Source of the DNA: Eledone cirrhosa
Taxonomy: Eukaryota
NCBI GenBank assembly: GCA_964016885.1
Contig: OZ024742.1
Coordinates: forward strand, 277,388,001-277,452,000
Direction: 5' to 3'
DNA: 64,000 bases
The translations under genes and the position numbers were made by a program. Below, piece by piece: positions 50,711 to 61,625 of this stretch; position 1 is the stretch's first letter; each line of letters opens with the position of its first letter. The notes below the pieces were generated by a model. It ran no database searches. It had not been told where the DNA came from and saw nothing but the letters and a program-made list of their open reading frames with translations.

Positions 50711-50942
50711 ATCGCGGGGGGGGGGGGGGGGGCTCAACCATGTTTTTTTTTTCCGTAAATGTTTTAACATGTAAAAAAAATTCAAATATTTGGGCCAAAA
50801 GGCCCAAATATTATACTTTCCCCTTCACAGGGCAAAGTCTAAGGGCTTATATTCCTTACACAAGAAATATTTAACAACAAATAATTTTAATAGGCAAATA
50901 AAGCGACTTACTGGGAGCGAGCAAAATACGTCCGCTTAGACC

Positions 50943-50969
50943 AATAATAATAATAATAATAATAATAAT
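50943..50969. repeat. (AAT)n microsatellite
   Basis: Direct reading. Confidence 0.95.
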
Positions 50970-51381
50970 GATTTCTTTATTGGCCACAAGGGCTGATATC
51001 AATAAAAACATTACAGGCGGCACAGGACGGTACGATGTGGGTTTTGTGCGTGTAAAGATTTTTATTATTTATATAAGAAAAGAAAAAAAAGACATAGAAA
51101 CATCATATATATATAAACAATAAAAATAAAAATTGAAACAATGAAAAATTCCCCAATAGGGGGAAACCTCCGAGGGTTACTCGTGGCGAAAACCACACAA
51201 AAGACCACGGCCATCCTGACCGCCCTCTCTCAATTTTTCCATTTCTCAAACTACAGGCGTATATTCAGAGCGGTCCCGTTCACTCGGACCTTTCTCACTA
51301 CATTCACCCACCTTTCAACAAACTTGCAAGAAGGCAACACTTGCCTCTCCATCCTGATTTTCCTCTTCAAGTGAAACTTGA

Positions 51382-51382
<1 letters not shown>
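50970..51382 (-). mobile_element. 5'-truncated Tx1 element C (last ORF2 codons FKFHLKRKIRMERQVLPS..FVERWV + 3' UTR)
   Basis: Homologous to the 3' ends of A and B; (AAT)n on both sides. Confidence 0.88.
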
Positions 51383-51414
<32 letters not shown>

Positions 51415-51415
51415 T
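51383..51415. repeat. (AAT)n microsatellite
   Basis: Direct reading. Confidence 0.95.
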
Positions 51416-51545
51416 GTTTCTATTTTTGGCACAAGGCCAGCAATAACCCAGTACATTACTGGTACTTTATTTTATAGACCCCGTAAGGATGAACGGCAAA
51501 GTTAACCTCGGCGGGATTTAACTCAGATCATAAAGGGACGAATGA
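51416..51545 (-). mobile_element. SINE fragment (central GCCTTTCATCCTT..GGGTC.ATAAA-type core, Meta-domain-like, plus 3' tail)
   Basis: Related copies at 52572-52730 (-) and 59567-59725 (+). Confidence 0.7.
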
Positions 51546-51579
51546 AATCATTGTGCACAGTGCTCAGTTGCACTACAAC

Positions 51580-51806
51580 TCATCAAAGGTGCATGTATAG
51601 AACATAGAGTAATGTAGAAATGTCAGGAAAGTGCAGTGTATGAGTCATGATATACATGAGTGTGTATGGAGGGGGGGGGGGGGTATCAGGTGTAGCGTTG
51701 GCAAATTTCAGGAAGCATGGTTTTAAAGGATGCAGTGTCTCGGCAGCTAACAACTGATACAGGTAGTTTGTTCCATGCTTCAGAAACTCTGAGCGAGAAA
51801 AAATGC
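51580..51806 (-). mobile_element. CR1-like LINE 3' fragment
   Basis: - strand reads HFFSLRVSEAWNKLPVSVVSCRDTASFKTMLPEICQRYT*, the CR1-type FFS.RV...WN.LP C-terminus. Confidence 0.75.
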
Positions 51807-52035
51807 AGATGAGAGGAAAAATAGGGAAAGTGCAAGGTTTATTGGGCAATGACATAAATTAAGGGCAAGGGTAGAACCTTTACACCTTAGTCAAAGCGGT
51901 GTTTTGCCTGCGTTCCGCGCTCAAAATGGCTAAGGTTGCCATTTACAATGGCCAGTACACTCGCTGCAACAGCCACCCCACCTTGCAGTCTCCTTCGCGG
52001 GTTGCTGTCGCTCCGATTTTATGGAGGAGATCAGC

Positions 52036-52161
52036 TGTGAGATTTAAAAGTAAACTCTTTGTACTGCTCAGCAATAGCTTGCCATGTGGTCTAGTCGATA
52101 GGATTATGGAGTTTTCACCTAGTGAAATAACGATGATGTCATAATCGAAACCTTGTTTCAT
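52036..52161 (+). pseudogene. Highly decayed tRNA-Glu 5' part plus array spacer sequence (inverted-unit orientation)
   Basis: CAGCAATAGCTTGCCATGTGGTCTAGTCGATAGGATT..TTTTCACC followed by GATGATGTCATAATCGAAACCTTGTTTCAT, matching the array unit. Confidence 0.75.
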
Positions 52162-52571
52162 AGTGAATCATGTCATCATGATTTTCTACATCGGAAACTC
52201 GTCTTTTTTGTGTGTGTAGGGGTATTAACGTGGGACAAACAACTGATATGTAGAGTTATCCTACGAAGTTAACCAGTTCCAGTGTACTAAGAATATAGAC
52301 ATCTCTTATGTGCGACACTATGATTTCTCGCAAACGAAACGCATGAACCTTGTTTACCTAATTACACTTTCATTATGTATTCTCTGTGAGTTATTTCCCC
52401 TGATATTTTCTTGCGGGTATTTACAATTACTGCTCAGATATTTGGCCTCATAAATCACCGACAATCTTGGGATCAAGCCGTTGCTGAACCTCCGAAAAGA
52501 GTCGGAGAACTAAATTGACCCCCACCTACCCACCTTATCAAAGTTAGAACTAAATTAAAACAGAAAATAAT

Positions 52572-52730
52572 GGTTTCTTATTTAGGCACAAGGCCAGTAA
52601 TTTTGGGGGAGGGGAAAGTCGATTAAATCGACCCCACTTCGATACTGGTGTTTTATTTTATCGACCCCGTAAGTATGAAAGGCAAAGCTAACCTTGGCGG
52701 GATTTGAATTCAGAACGTAAAGGGACATAA
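52572..52730 (-). mobile_element. SINE fragment (same family as 51416)
   Basis: TTTATCGACCCCGTAAGTATGAAAGGCAAAG..GGGATTTGAATTCAG; tail GGCACAAGGCC. Confidence 0.72.
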
Positions 52731-53221
52731 CTCTATGTCGCGAATACAACTATTAATGCTTTTAAACAAATTCTTTCTTGTTTCTTGTAATATAAAGTCT
52801 AAAATCTAAAGTAATTGTTCAAGATAAAAGAAATTAATGTCGGTATGCCGAACAATGAAATGCTGGATTCAAGAGCTCCAGGAACCAGAAACTGAATAAA
52901 CAGATTTGTACGTCGTTATTACTTTACTCTATTAACGAAACAATGATGTCTAGAGACATGTAATCAAATTTCAATCACCAACGAAAAGGCAACTTGCAAA
53001 GACACAGTTTAGAGAGCCGAGTCCTATTTGAGGGTTCCATAAAAAAAAGAGCAGTGTCTCAAATTTAAGGAATTGGCAGAGTTGATTAAATCAATACCTT
53101 GCTCCAATCAGTTACAAATGTTTGACACCCCCCCCCTCCTAACATTTTCATTATGCCCTTCTTTTTGTAATAAAAAAAAAGGGAGTAATCTTATTTTTGT
53201 TCTGAACATCAGGCATTTAGT

Positions 53222-53424
53222 GTGTATATATATCATCATCATCATCATCATTATCGTTTAACGTCCATGTTCTACGCTAGCATGGGTTAGACGGGTTTTC
53301 TACGGCTGGATGCTCTTCGTAACACCAACTACATTTACAGTGTGTGCTAGGTGATTTTTGCCATGTCTTCTACACGACCACTTTACAGTGTGGGCTGGAT
53401 GTTTTGTGGTACCAACATAATATA

Positions 53425-53457
<33 letters not shown>

Positions 53458-53545
53458 TTATACATACACACGTACATATATATATCATGATAATGATGAT
53501 GATATACTCGTATGTGTGTATGTACATATATCATCATCACCACCG
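53222..53545. repeat. Microsatellite patch (CAT)n, (TA)n around a short interspersed-repeat fragment (CTACGGCTGGATGC, V-SINE-like core)
   Basis: Direct reading; similar core at 53655-53690 and inverted at 63530-63565. Confidence 0.55.
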
Positions 53546-53879
53546 TTTTACGTCTTTTTTTCCACACTAACATGGGTCAAATGAGATGTCATGTTCTGGG
53601 CAATGCTGTCAGGTGACCGTGCCTTGCTCATACAAAACTGATTCTAGCTTGGTTTTTACAGCTGGATGCCCTTCCTAATGCTAACCTCATTTACAGTGAG
53701 TACTAGGTACCTTTTGTCATGATGCTTACGAAACTACTTTACAGTTTGGACTGGCTGTTTTTTGTCGTGATACCTACAACTTTTTTTCAGTGTGGACTGG
53801 GCTCTTTTTGCCATGTCACCATCACGACCACTTTACAGTGTGGGCTGGGGGCTTCCCTGGGTGCATTTACTTCAGCCTG

Positions 53880-54905
53880 TCTTCGTGAGGGTGAGTTGAG
53901 CATACTGTATATATATGCTTCAGCTTGTACCCGTGGAAGTCGGGTCTTCTGTATTACTGCGTATCGCGAGAGATCTCGGTCCTGTGGCATCGCATTTGTG
54001 AGGTGCAATTGGGCAAGGTCGGCTTTTATCACTGCATCCCAAGTTTTCTGCACCTTTTTATGCAGCTGTCATCTTTCATACGAATCACATATCCATACCA
54101 ATGTAATCTCTCCTGCACACAGCATTTGATTCCTCTTATGTCTAGTTTCTCAGTTCATTTATGCTGCACCGTTCTCGTGTATCACTATTACACATCCATC
54201 GGAGCATGCAAGCTTCATTTCTTTCCAATCTATGCAAGTCTCCTGCTCACAGCACCCAGGTCTCACTACCATGCAACATTACTAGTTGCCTTTCATTCTG
54301 AGAGAAAAGCCTTTTGTAGTCAGCAGTGGTAGTAGCTCCCTGAACTTCTTCCATCCTGTTCTTATTCTGGCTGCTGTGCTTTCAGAACACCCACCACCGC
54401 TGCTAATTCAGTCACCTAATTAGCAGAAGCTGTATACTGTTCCTACAGAGCCCTCCCAGAATTTGGTAGCGCTTGTTCCCTATGGTCGTTTGCTACTTAC
54501 TGTCCTGGTGCAACTGCTACATGTAAAGCCTACATTTTTAGCTAAACTTCCCAAGACCCCACTACATCTCTTGCGTACCCATAGTTTGCATATGGGGCAG
54601 AGGATGGAGTTTCTACCTACACCTTTCCTACATACTGAGCAAACCATTTCCCCGAGGGTATTGTTAATACTTACTTTGCTGAGTGCTCCCCTATACATGG
54701 CTTGTACAGCTTTCATAAGCCTCTCATCTACTCCTACTTTTCTAAGAGCCCACCAGATTATGTCATGGGGCACTCTGTCAAAAGCTTTCTCCAGATCAAC
54801 AAATGCCAGGTAGAGCAGCTTGCTTCTAGCTAGGTACTTTTCCTGCAACTCTCATAAGGAAGAGGACATCAGTGGTCCTTTTGCCTGGTACAAATCCAAA
54901 CTGCA
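53880..54905 (-). mobile_element. RTE-clade LINE remnant with internal deletion
   Basis: QEKY..LYLAFVDLEKAFDRVP..IWWALRK joined directly to CSVCRKGVGRNSILC..CKLWV..RCSG; downstream KTWDAVIKADL C-terminus. Confidence 0.85.
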
Positions 54906-57216
54906 TATATATAAAAATTTTAATCTTTTAAAATCAAATTGATTAGGGTTAAAGAATTTACAGCTGCATTGCTTTTCTTCGCAGATAAATATATTTCTTT
55001 TGCGTTTGAAGTATATGAACAACCATTTGAGTAATGTTACGTGATAGAGTACTTAGCACAGAGATCAGAGTCACTTCATCATGACTGCTACTTCTCCATA
55101 TTGAGAGATCACAGCTCTGATACTATGGGCATGTGGTTAGAATGTCACAGGAAAGAATAGCTGGACAGATTTTATGGGCAAAACCAACCAGCATGAGTAG
55201 ACTCTGAGCAAGATGGTTGGATAACATCCATGGGCTCGGCTGGTCTCACTTGGGGATCCAGCTGGATCAATTGAAAACCGTTGCTTCTGACAGGACTTGC
55301 TGGAAGGAGTGTTTGAGGACTCTGCCTCCATGATCCTCTCAGGAATAAGTGGATGAAGAAGATGAAATGTATAAACATATTTCGTTTACATTCGTAATTA
55401 CATCTGCATCCTTAAAAAACTGAAACAGCAGCATATGAAATTTTCATAGTTAAACAGCTAATGCTTTTGTTAACCCGTTAGAATTTACATTATATATACT
55501 ATTGTATTTTCAAGGTAAAGGCTTTATCTCACATAATATCGAATCTGAGATTTTGATATTTATTTTTATATTAATAAAGTACCAGTTATGTACTGATATA
55601 ATTGCTGGCCTTGTGCCAAAAGTAGAAACATTTATTTTGTGAACAATACCTTAACATCAGTATAAGTGGTTGGTTTGAACACAAAGAGGTGAGAGAATCC
55701 TGGCCGGATACAGTCGGTTTAAATGTTAAAGGATTAAAGCAGAGATTATTACCTTGCTTTTGCAAAACTGAACCCTTTCATTACCCTATTTCTAATGAAA
55801 ATAGACAAGAAAGCTGGTGGTTAGAACAAAACTTTACTAAGGTTCTTACATAATGGAAGATTTTAAAAACATTTTTGTATCATAGAACCAGTAGTTAAAT
55901 GTTGTTTTAAGTATCAATATGGCTAAATAAAGCTTTGCAATGAAACAATTTACACAAACACGATTGAAAGCGTTACTGTTAGAGAAGGTGAATTTTATGG
56001 AAAACATGTCATTTGGCCATTCACTTTTGCTACTTCGATTCCAGTGGCATTTGCAAAAACAGTGCATCTGACTGTCTAGCATTGAGGAAAATGTGTCTGT
56101 TCTGTCTAACTGACCTATTTATGTATGAACAGTAAATTCTGTAATAGTCAATTTAGACATTTTTTAAAAATACACACAAAAAGTATTAAATTTCTTTTTC
56201 ATTTATTATTATTTTCATTAAACTATTTGTGACCTGGCCACTGACTTGATTTTACACTTGTAATGACCAGGTCACCATATGATGAAAATTTTGACACCAC
56301 AAAATGAATGTAAGGTGAATTTGATAGTTTTTATGCGTTTTTAATGGCCAAAATCATTTGTCATGGAAGTACAACTTAGAAATTGTATGTAGTTTTGTTA
56401 AGAACTACATGAGGTATATAACAATTTCAGATAAATATTATATGAATTTTACAGCTGAATGTACATAAGATACGTGAACGAATGCATACATGATCTGGAA
56501 TATAAAGTAGGATGGTGTTCTGTTAAAAAACAGAAGGGAACGACAATTAAAGTAAGGTAGACAATACATCTGGTAGAGAAGGTATATTTTATTTTATTGA
56601 GAGGTGACTTTTAAAGGACTAGTTTTGTTTCACCACTATTGAAGTTGAAGAAATATTTTCTATTATGGTTTATGTAATTTATTTGAAAATATAACAACTC
56701 TACAGTAATGTAATCACTGATTGAAGACAAATACATTTCTCAGCTATTTGCCCACAATGATAAATAAATAGTGTCTTTTCTCCTTTCTAGAAATTTCTGA
56801 AAGAATCATTGCCATCATTTATTTCCGTTTTTCCTTGTTAGCAAGTGTTATATATGAATATTCTGAAAGAATGCTTTTATCAAAAATATCCCATTGATGA
56901 GTTCACCTCACTAATGAAGATACATGTGTAGTTAAATAAAATACTGTTGAGAGGTTATTACACTGTTGTTATCTTATATGTGAGAACATCTGTGGTAAAA
57001 TAATACTTTTTTTCTCAGAAAGCATATTGAAGTAATAGTCATTCATCATTATCGTTTTATGTCCATGTTCCATGATGGCATGAGTAGGATGAGTCATCAC
57101 ATTCTGTTTGAAAAACATATTTTGTGAAAATGATTTAGTACAGGTATGAGAGGTGTGACTTTTCTCCTGTGCCACTATGCTTGTATTTAATTAAATTGCA
57201 TTTTTAAGTGTTTGAT

Positions 57217-58485
57217 TCACCACAAATGTGATTTTTCTCTTATATGAATTTGTTTGTGTCTACTTAACCTACCCTTTACAGAGAATGATTTACCACAAAT
57301 ATCACAGTGATATGGTTTATCTCCTGAATGAATACGTTTGTGAGTAATTAGGTCACTATTTCGGGAGAATGAGTTACCACAAATATCACAGCGATATGGT
57401 TTATCTCCCACACGAACGCATTTGTGAGAAGTTAAATAACTTCTTCGAGAGAATGATTTACCACACATATCACAGAGATATGGCCTTTCTCCTGTATGAA
57501 TACGTTTGTGAGTTGTTAAGTGACTATCTATTGAAAATGATTTACCACAGATATCACAATGATATGGCCTTTCTCCTGTATGTATGCGTATATGTTTAGT
57601 TAAGCTACATGTTACAGAAAATGATTTACCACAGATATCACAGTGATATGGCTTTTCTCCTGTATGAATACGTATGTGAGTGGTCAAAACACTACTTTGA
57701 GAGAATGATTTACCACATATATCACACTGATATGGTCTTTCTCCTGTATGAATACGTTTATGAATAATTAAGTTACTACCTATATTGAATGATTTACCAC
57801 AGATATTACAGTTATATGGTTTCTCTTCTGAATGAATATGTTCAGGAGTAGATATTTTATCAATTTCAGAGATATCCCAGTTGTCTGGTTTAACTCCTGT
57901 ATGAATACGCTTGTGAATAGCCAAATTACTACCTGTAAAGAATGATTTACTACACACATTACAGTGATATGGCCGCTCTCCTGTATGAGTGCATTTGGGA
58001 GAAATTGAGAGGACTGTTGCTGAAAATGATTTATCACAGATGTCACAATATGGTTTATCTCCTGTATGAATATGTTTGTGAGCAGTTAACTCACTACTTT
58101 GTGAGTATGTTTTCCCACAAATATCACAGTCATATGGTTTCTCTCCTATATGAATACGTTTGTGACTAGTTAAGTTACCACTTTCAGAGAATGTCCTTCC
58201 ACAGATTTCACAGTGGTATGGTTTCTCTCCTGTATGAATACGTTTGTGAGTATTCAAGATGCTATTTTGAGAGAATGATTTATTACAGATATTACAGTGA
58301 TATGGTTTCTCTCCTGTATGAATACGTATATGTCTACTGAGGTTACTTTTTTTAGAGAATGACTTTTTACAAATATCACAGAAGTATGATGTTTTTACTA
58401 CCTGTTTCTGTATTTCATCAGGAAAATTAATCGTTTTAGAGTTTGTTTCATATTTAATTTGATCCTCATATAATTCAGTTTCCAT
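57217..58485 (-). CDS. C2H2 zinc-finger protein, 422 aa, single coding exon; 11 canonical fingers plus 3 degenerate units
   Basis: Repeated [11 protein letters not shown]....[10 protein letters not shown] units in an uninterrupted ORF; short acidic N-terminus, no KRAB-like domain evident. Confidence 0.93.
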   Translation of the reverse strand: METELYEDQIKYETNSKTINFPDEIQKQVVKTSYFCDICKKSFSKKSNLSRHIRIHTGEKPYHCNICNKSFSQNSILNTHKRIHTGEKPYHCEICGRTFSESGNLTSHKRIHIGEKPYDCDICGKTYSQSSELTAHKHIHTGDKPYCDICDKSFSATVLSISPKCTHTGERPYHCNVCSKSFFTGSNLAIHKRIHTGVKPDNWDISEIDKISTPEHIHSEEKPYNCNICGKSFNIGSNLIIHKRIHTGERPYQCDICGKSFSQSSVLTTHIRIHTGEKPYHCDICGKSFSVTCSLTKHIRIHTGERPYHCDICGKSFSIDSHLTTHKRIHTGERPYLCDMCGKSFSRRSYLTSHKCVRVGDKPYRCDICGNSFSRNSDLITHKRIHSGDKPYHCDICGKSFSVKGRLSRHKQIHIREKSHLW

Positions 58486-59566
58486 ATTTTTCTTCTTTCA
58501 CCTATAATATACAGATATTTTTCTTGTTAGGTTTATCATTTGGTTCCAAACTGTACTTCCACAGAGTGTAATCTTTATCAATACCTGAAGATAGTGTTAT
58601 TCGTCATTTACAAAATGATTTATTATATGACAATCCTTTCATATAATTACTCTATGATGAATTATTACAATAAAAGCTGGTCTTTAGGAGCAAAAGGTAA
58701 TGTAAAACGCTTTGTGAAGACATATATCCACATATAAAATTTGTTGCAGAGAAGTCAATTAGATATTCATGGTAAATTTGTCCAAATTTAATTGGAATGT
58801 AAAATTATCTTGTATATATTCCAGACAGTGAAGTAAAGAGATGTTGATATTAATTTCAGATTGGAAAAAATATTTCACAGTAGTTCAATCATAAATTCGT
58901 ATATAGTTTTATTTGTTCTTTAAAAGATGATAAATACTGTTGATGCATATGAAGGAAAGAATTATTTTATGCCAAAGTCATCTGATAATCTGAAACAATA
59001 AAGAATCAGCATAAGATAGTGAGAATACTTAAAAAGTAGAGATTCAACCGTGGAAATTTTACATTTCTACATTTGATAACGATAGATATAAACATTTAAA
59101 TTTTACTACTTATTTTTATCAAGCATCATACAACATTGCATGAGGTTTTCATACTTGCAAATTACACAGGTACACTTTTAGATTGTCTACCATAATAGAT
59201 GTTAACCTACAGAAAACGGGCCATAAAAAATCAGTTTAGCCCTCATACAGCAGACCTATCAAAACTGTTCCAGACATGAGCAGCCATAGATAGAACTATA
59301 TCGTTATCCAATGTATCCTTCATTTTTTAAGATAATAGATTGTGATTTGGGGATATGTTGGCTTCAGAATAGTGAAATATAAAATTCTTGTTTCTCCACA
59401 GATATTTGTTGTTGTTTTGTCCCAGTTCAGCCCAGATGCAGCAAATTGATGATCAAAAGCATTCCAGCTGGGACTATCACACCTTATATTAAGACAGTGT
59501 GTCTAAGACTATATCATTCTCAAATATGTCCGCCTTATTTTTTGACTGTGGTATGAACTGAATATA

Positions 59567-59725
59567 GGCGGCGAATTGGTAGAATCGTTAAGACGTTGGA
59601 TAGAATGCTTTACGGTATTCGTCCCACCTCATTGCGCGCTCTGAGTTCAAATCTCGCCGTGGTCAACTTTGCCTTTCATCCTTTCGAGGTCGATAAAAAA
59701 TGTACCAGTCCAGTACTGAGGTCAA
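59567..59725 (+). mobile_element. tRNA-derived SINE (head plus core)
   Basis: GGCGGCGAATTGGTAGAATCGTTA (A-box-like), GAGTTCAAATC (B box), GCCTTTCATCCTTTCGAGGTCGATAAA core. Confidence 0.75.
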
Positions 59726-61045
59726 TTTTTCCTCTATAGAAAAAAAATCGGCTGGTTTAAAAGTGCCCTAGGCACGCCGGTGCCTCTACGACTCCACAAG
59801 GAGTTATGAGATCTTTATCCTTTATAAATTGAATAAGATTTGGCTGTTATTTCTAGCAGTGTGGACGACTACGTAGAGACTCCATTTTGGCCTCAATAAA
59901 GATATTGTTTCGATTAATTTCAAGTAATTATGCACTCCACATTAGGTGTTAGCACTCACGTCGATCTCTTGTCTAGGTTTATTTCTTTAAACTCTTCTGT
60001 CTGAAGAATTGATAACAAAATATTTTCAAAATAAGAGCCAACAAAGGAGCTTCTAAGCAGTTTCTTAATTTGCTAGAAATAGCAGCCAGAATTTCCCCCA
60101 AATTACATCCTAGTGTGCATATAAGGATATATGACACATAATAAACAAATGTGTAAAAGATACATACATATACAAGGTAATCATAACCTTCAACAAATCA
60201 TACCATTATCATTAAAAAAGAAACTCTTAAATAATTTGGTCCGAAGAAACGATAGAATTTAACACTTGCAGGATAGTCACAGTAGGAACGACAATTAGAA
60301 AAATGTCTGCTGGACAAAACTTAACAGCTGCATATTTCTAATAGAAGACACTATGATTTTCAAATTTGGAGTTATTTAGTAAAGCAATTGACTTTTTAAC
60401 TATTAAGTTTGGTGTTTGGAACATAAAGGTTATTACATAAAATTATGATGAAAAGTTTTTAGATAAATAACACTTTAAAACAGTTTTGTATCGTAGAACA
60501 AGGAGCTTTGGTATAAAAAAGGTTATCATTATATAATAAAACATTGAATTGATAATTCAATATATATAATACTTACAATATATCTATGTAGTCCGAATGT
60601 GAAATATGTCAGATGTTTACGAGGACAACAATGATATTCTCACAACACCTAGCACTTGGATTTATTTCTAACAAAATCACAAACAAGACAACATCAATGT
60701 CTTTGTTATAGATTTTAACATGAAATTATCTAACGTCTTATGGGAAACTAATAATATATGCCTATAGTGAATCATCAGCTTAGAACGAATAAATTTATAT
60801 TTTAATGTCTTTACATCGGAGAAATTGTCTCAAATAATGGTAATATGTTTTGAGTAGTTACGATGAAACTAGCATTTCATATGTAATAGAATTGTTGTAG
60901 TAGGTAACTAACTGCTATCTCTGACCAAAACAGCCAATGGATGAATTGTTGTAAGTAATGGCGACAAAGAATTTCGTAGATTGGAGGGAGGGTGTGTCTT
61001 TTTAAAAATTCAGAATGAGGTTTATTTCTTCCCCGTCGCGCTTAC

Positions 61046-61080
61046 GGAACAATAATACCGGAAGATAGAAAGAGGAAGTG
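61046..61080 (-). promoter_or_regulatory. Candidate transcription start/first non-coding exon of the zinc-finger gene
   Basis: - strand CACTTCCTCTTTCTATCTTCCGG (pyrimidine-rich initiator-like sequence, ETS-like CCGGAAG) followed by donor GTAAGC; local CpG enrichment; acceptor TTCAG ends at 58585. Confidence 0.35.
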
Positions 61081-61369
61081 ATATAGTAAATAAATACACA
61101 GCGCTCTACCTAGGGAGATAAATTAACAGATCAGAACACGGTAGATAATTAGGGATAGTTACACTTCTGGCTAAAACAAAAAGGTTTAAACCGAAATTTG
61201 TTTTCATTATTTTCCTTCTGGCCTTGTGCCAATAGTAGAAACAATTATTTTCCTTTATATCTTTATAGATATATTTCCACCGTTTTAAATAAATGACCTT
61301 TTTTATGGTTTTAAAATAAAATATGACACACTCACACACATATATATATTCATTTATGTGTGTGTGATT

Positions 61370-61500
61370 GTGTGCGTCTGGCCCATGACTGTAAGGTCGT
61401 GAGTTCGATTCCCAGTAGCGCATTGTGCTTTGAGACATTTATTTCACGTTAATTCCAGGAACAAAGTGAGCTGTTTGAACACGCGTTGGAACCGAACGAG
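61370..61500 (+). mobile_element. tRNA-derived SINE head remnant
   Basis: GTAAGGTCGTGAGTTCGATTCCC B-box followed by TTGTGCTTTGAG..CATTTATTTCAC. Confidence 0.5.
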
Positions 61501-61509
61501 GGCCAACAG

Positions 61510-61625
61510 CATGCATGCATGTATGTATGTAAGTATGTATGTACGTACGTACGTATGTATACATAGATGCATGCATGTATGTACGTACATACGTACGTAT
61601 GTATCTATTTGTGTATGTATCTATG
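61510..61625. repeat. Compound tetranucleotide microsatellite (ATGC/ATGT/ACGT)n
   Basis: Direct reading. Confidence 0.9.

Larger units (their letters stand above)
45096..50942 (-). mobile_element. Near-full-length Tx1/L1-clade non-LTR retrotransposon (element B, ~5.85 kb), a subfamily diverged from A
   Basis: ORF1 and ORF2 remnants; 3' CCCTTGTGGCCAATAAATGAA(ATT)n; 5' GGTCTAAG abuts (ATT)n. Confidence 0.93.

Noticed and set aside
39120-50758. Numerous + strand ORFs across the Tx1 elements
   Set aside because: They are antisense shadows of ORF1/ORF2 or low-complexity V/L/G-rich translations of T/N/P-rich coding sequence.
38928-50942. Tx1 A and B as currently active elements, or as a simple tandem duplication
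   Set aside because: Both have several frameshifts, stops or deletions (some at homopolymers could be sequencing errors, but not all). Their ORF1 and UTR sequences are too diverged for a local duplication.
53300-53584. Y/I-rich short ORFs (and similar ones at 61106-61768)
   Set aside because: Derived from (TA)n and (ATGT)n microsatellites.
57369-58169. Overlapping ORFs MSYHKYH.., MIYYTHY.., MTSVINH..
   Set aside because: Alternative-frame or antisense products of the periodic zinc-finger repeat.
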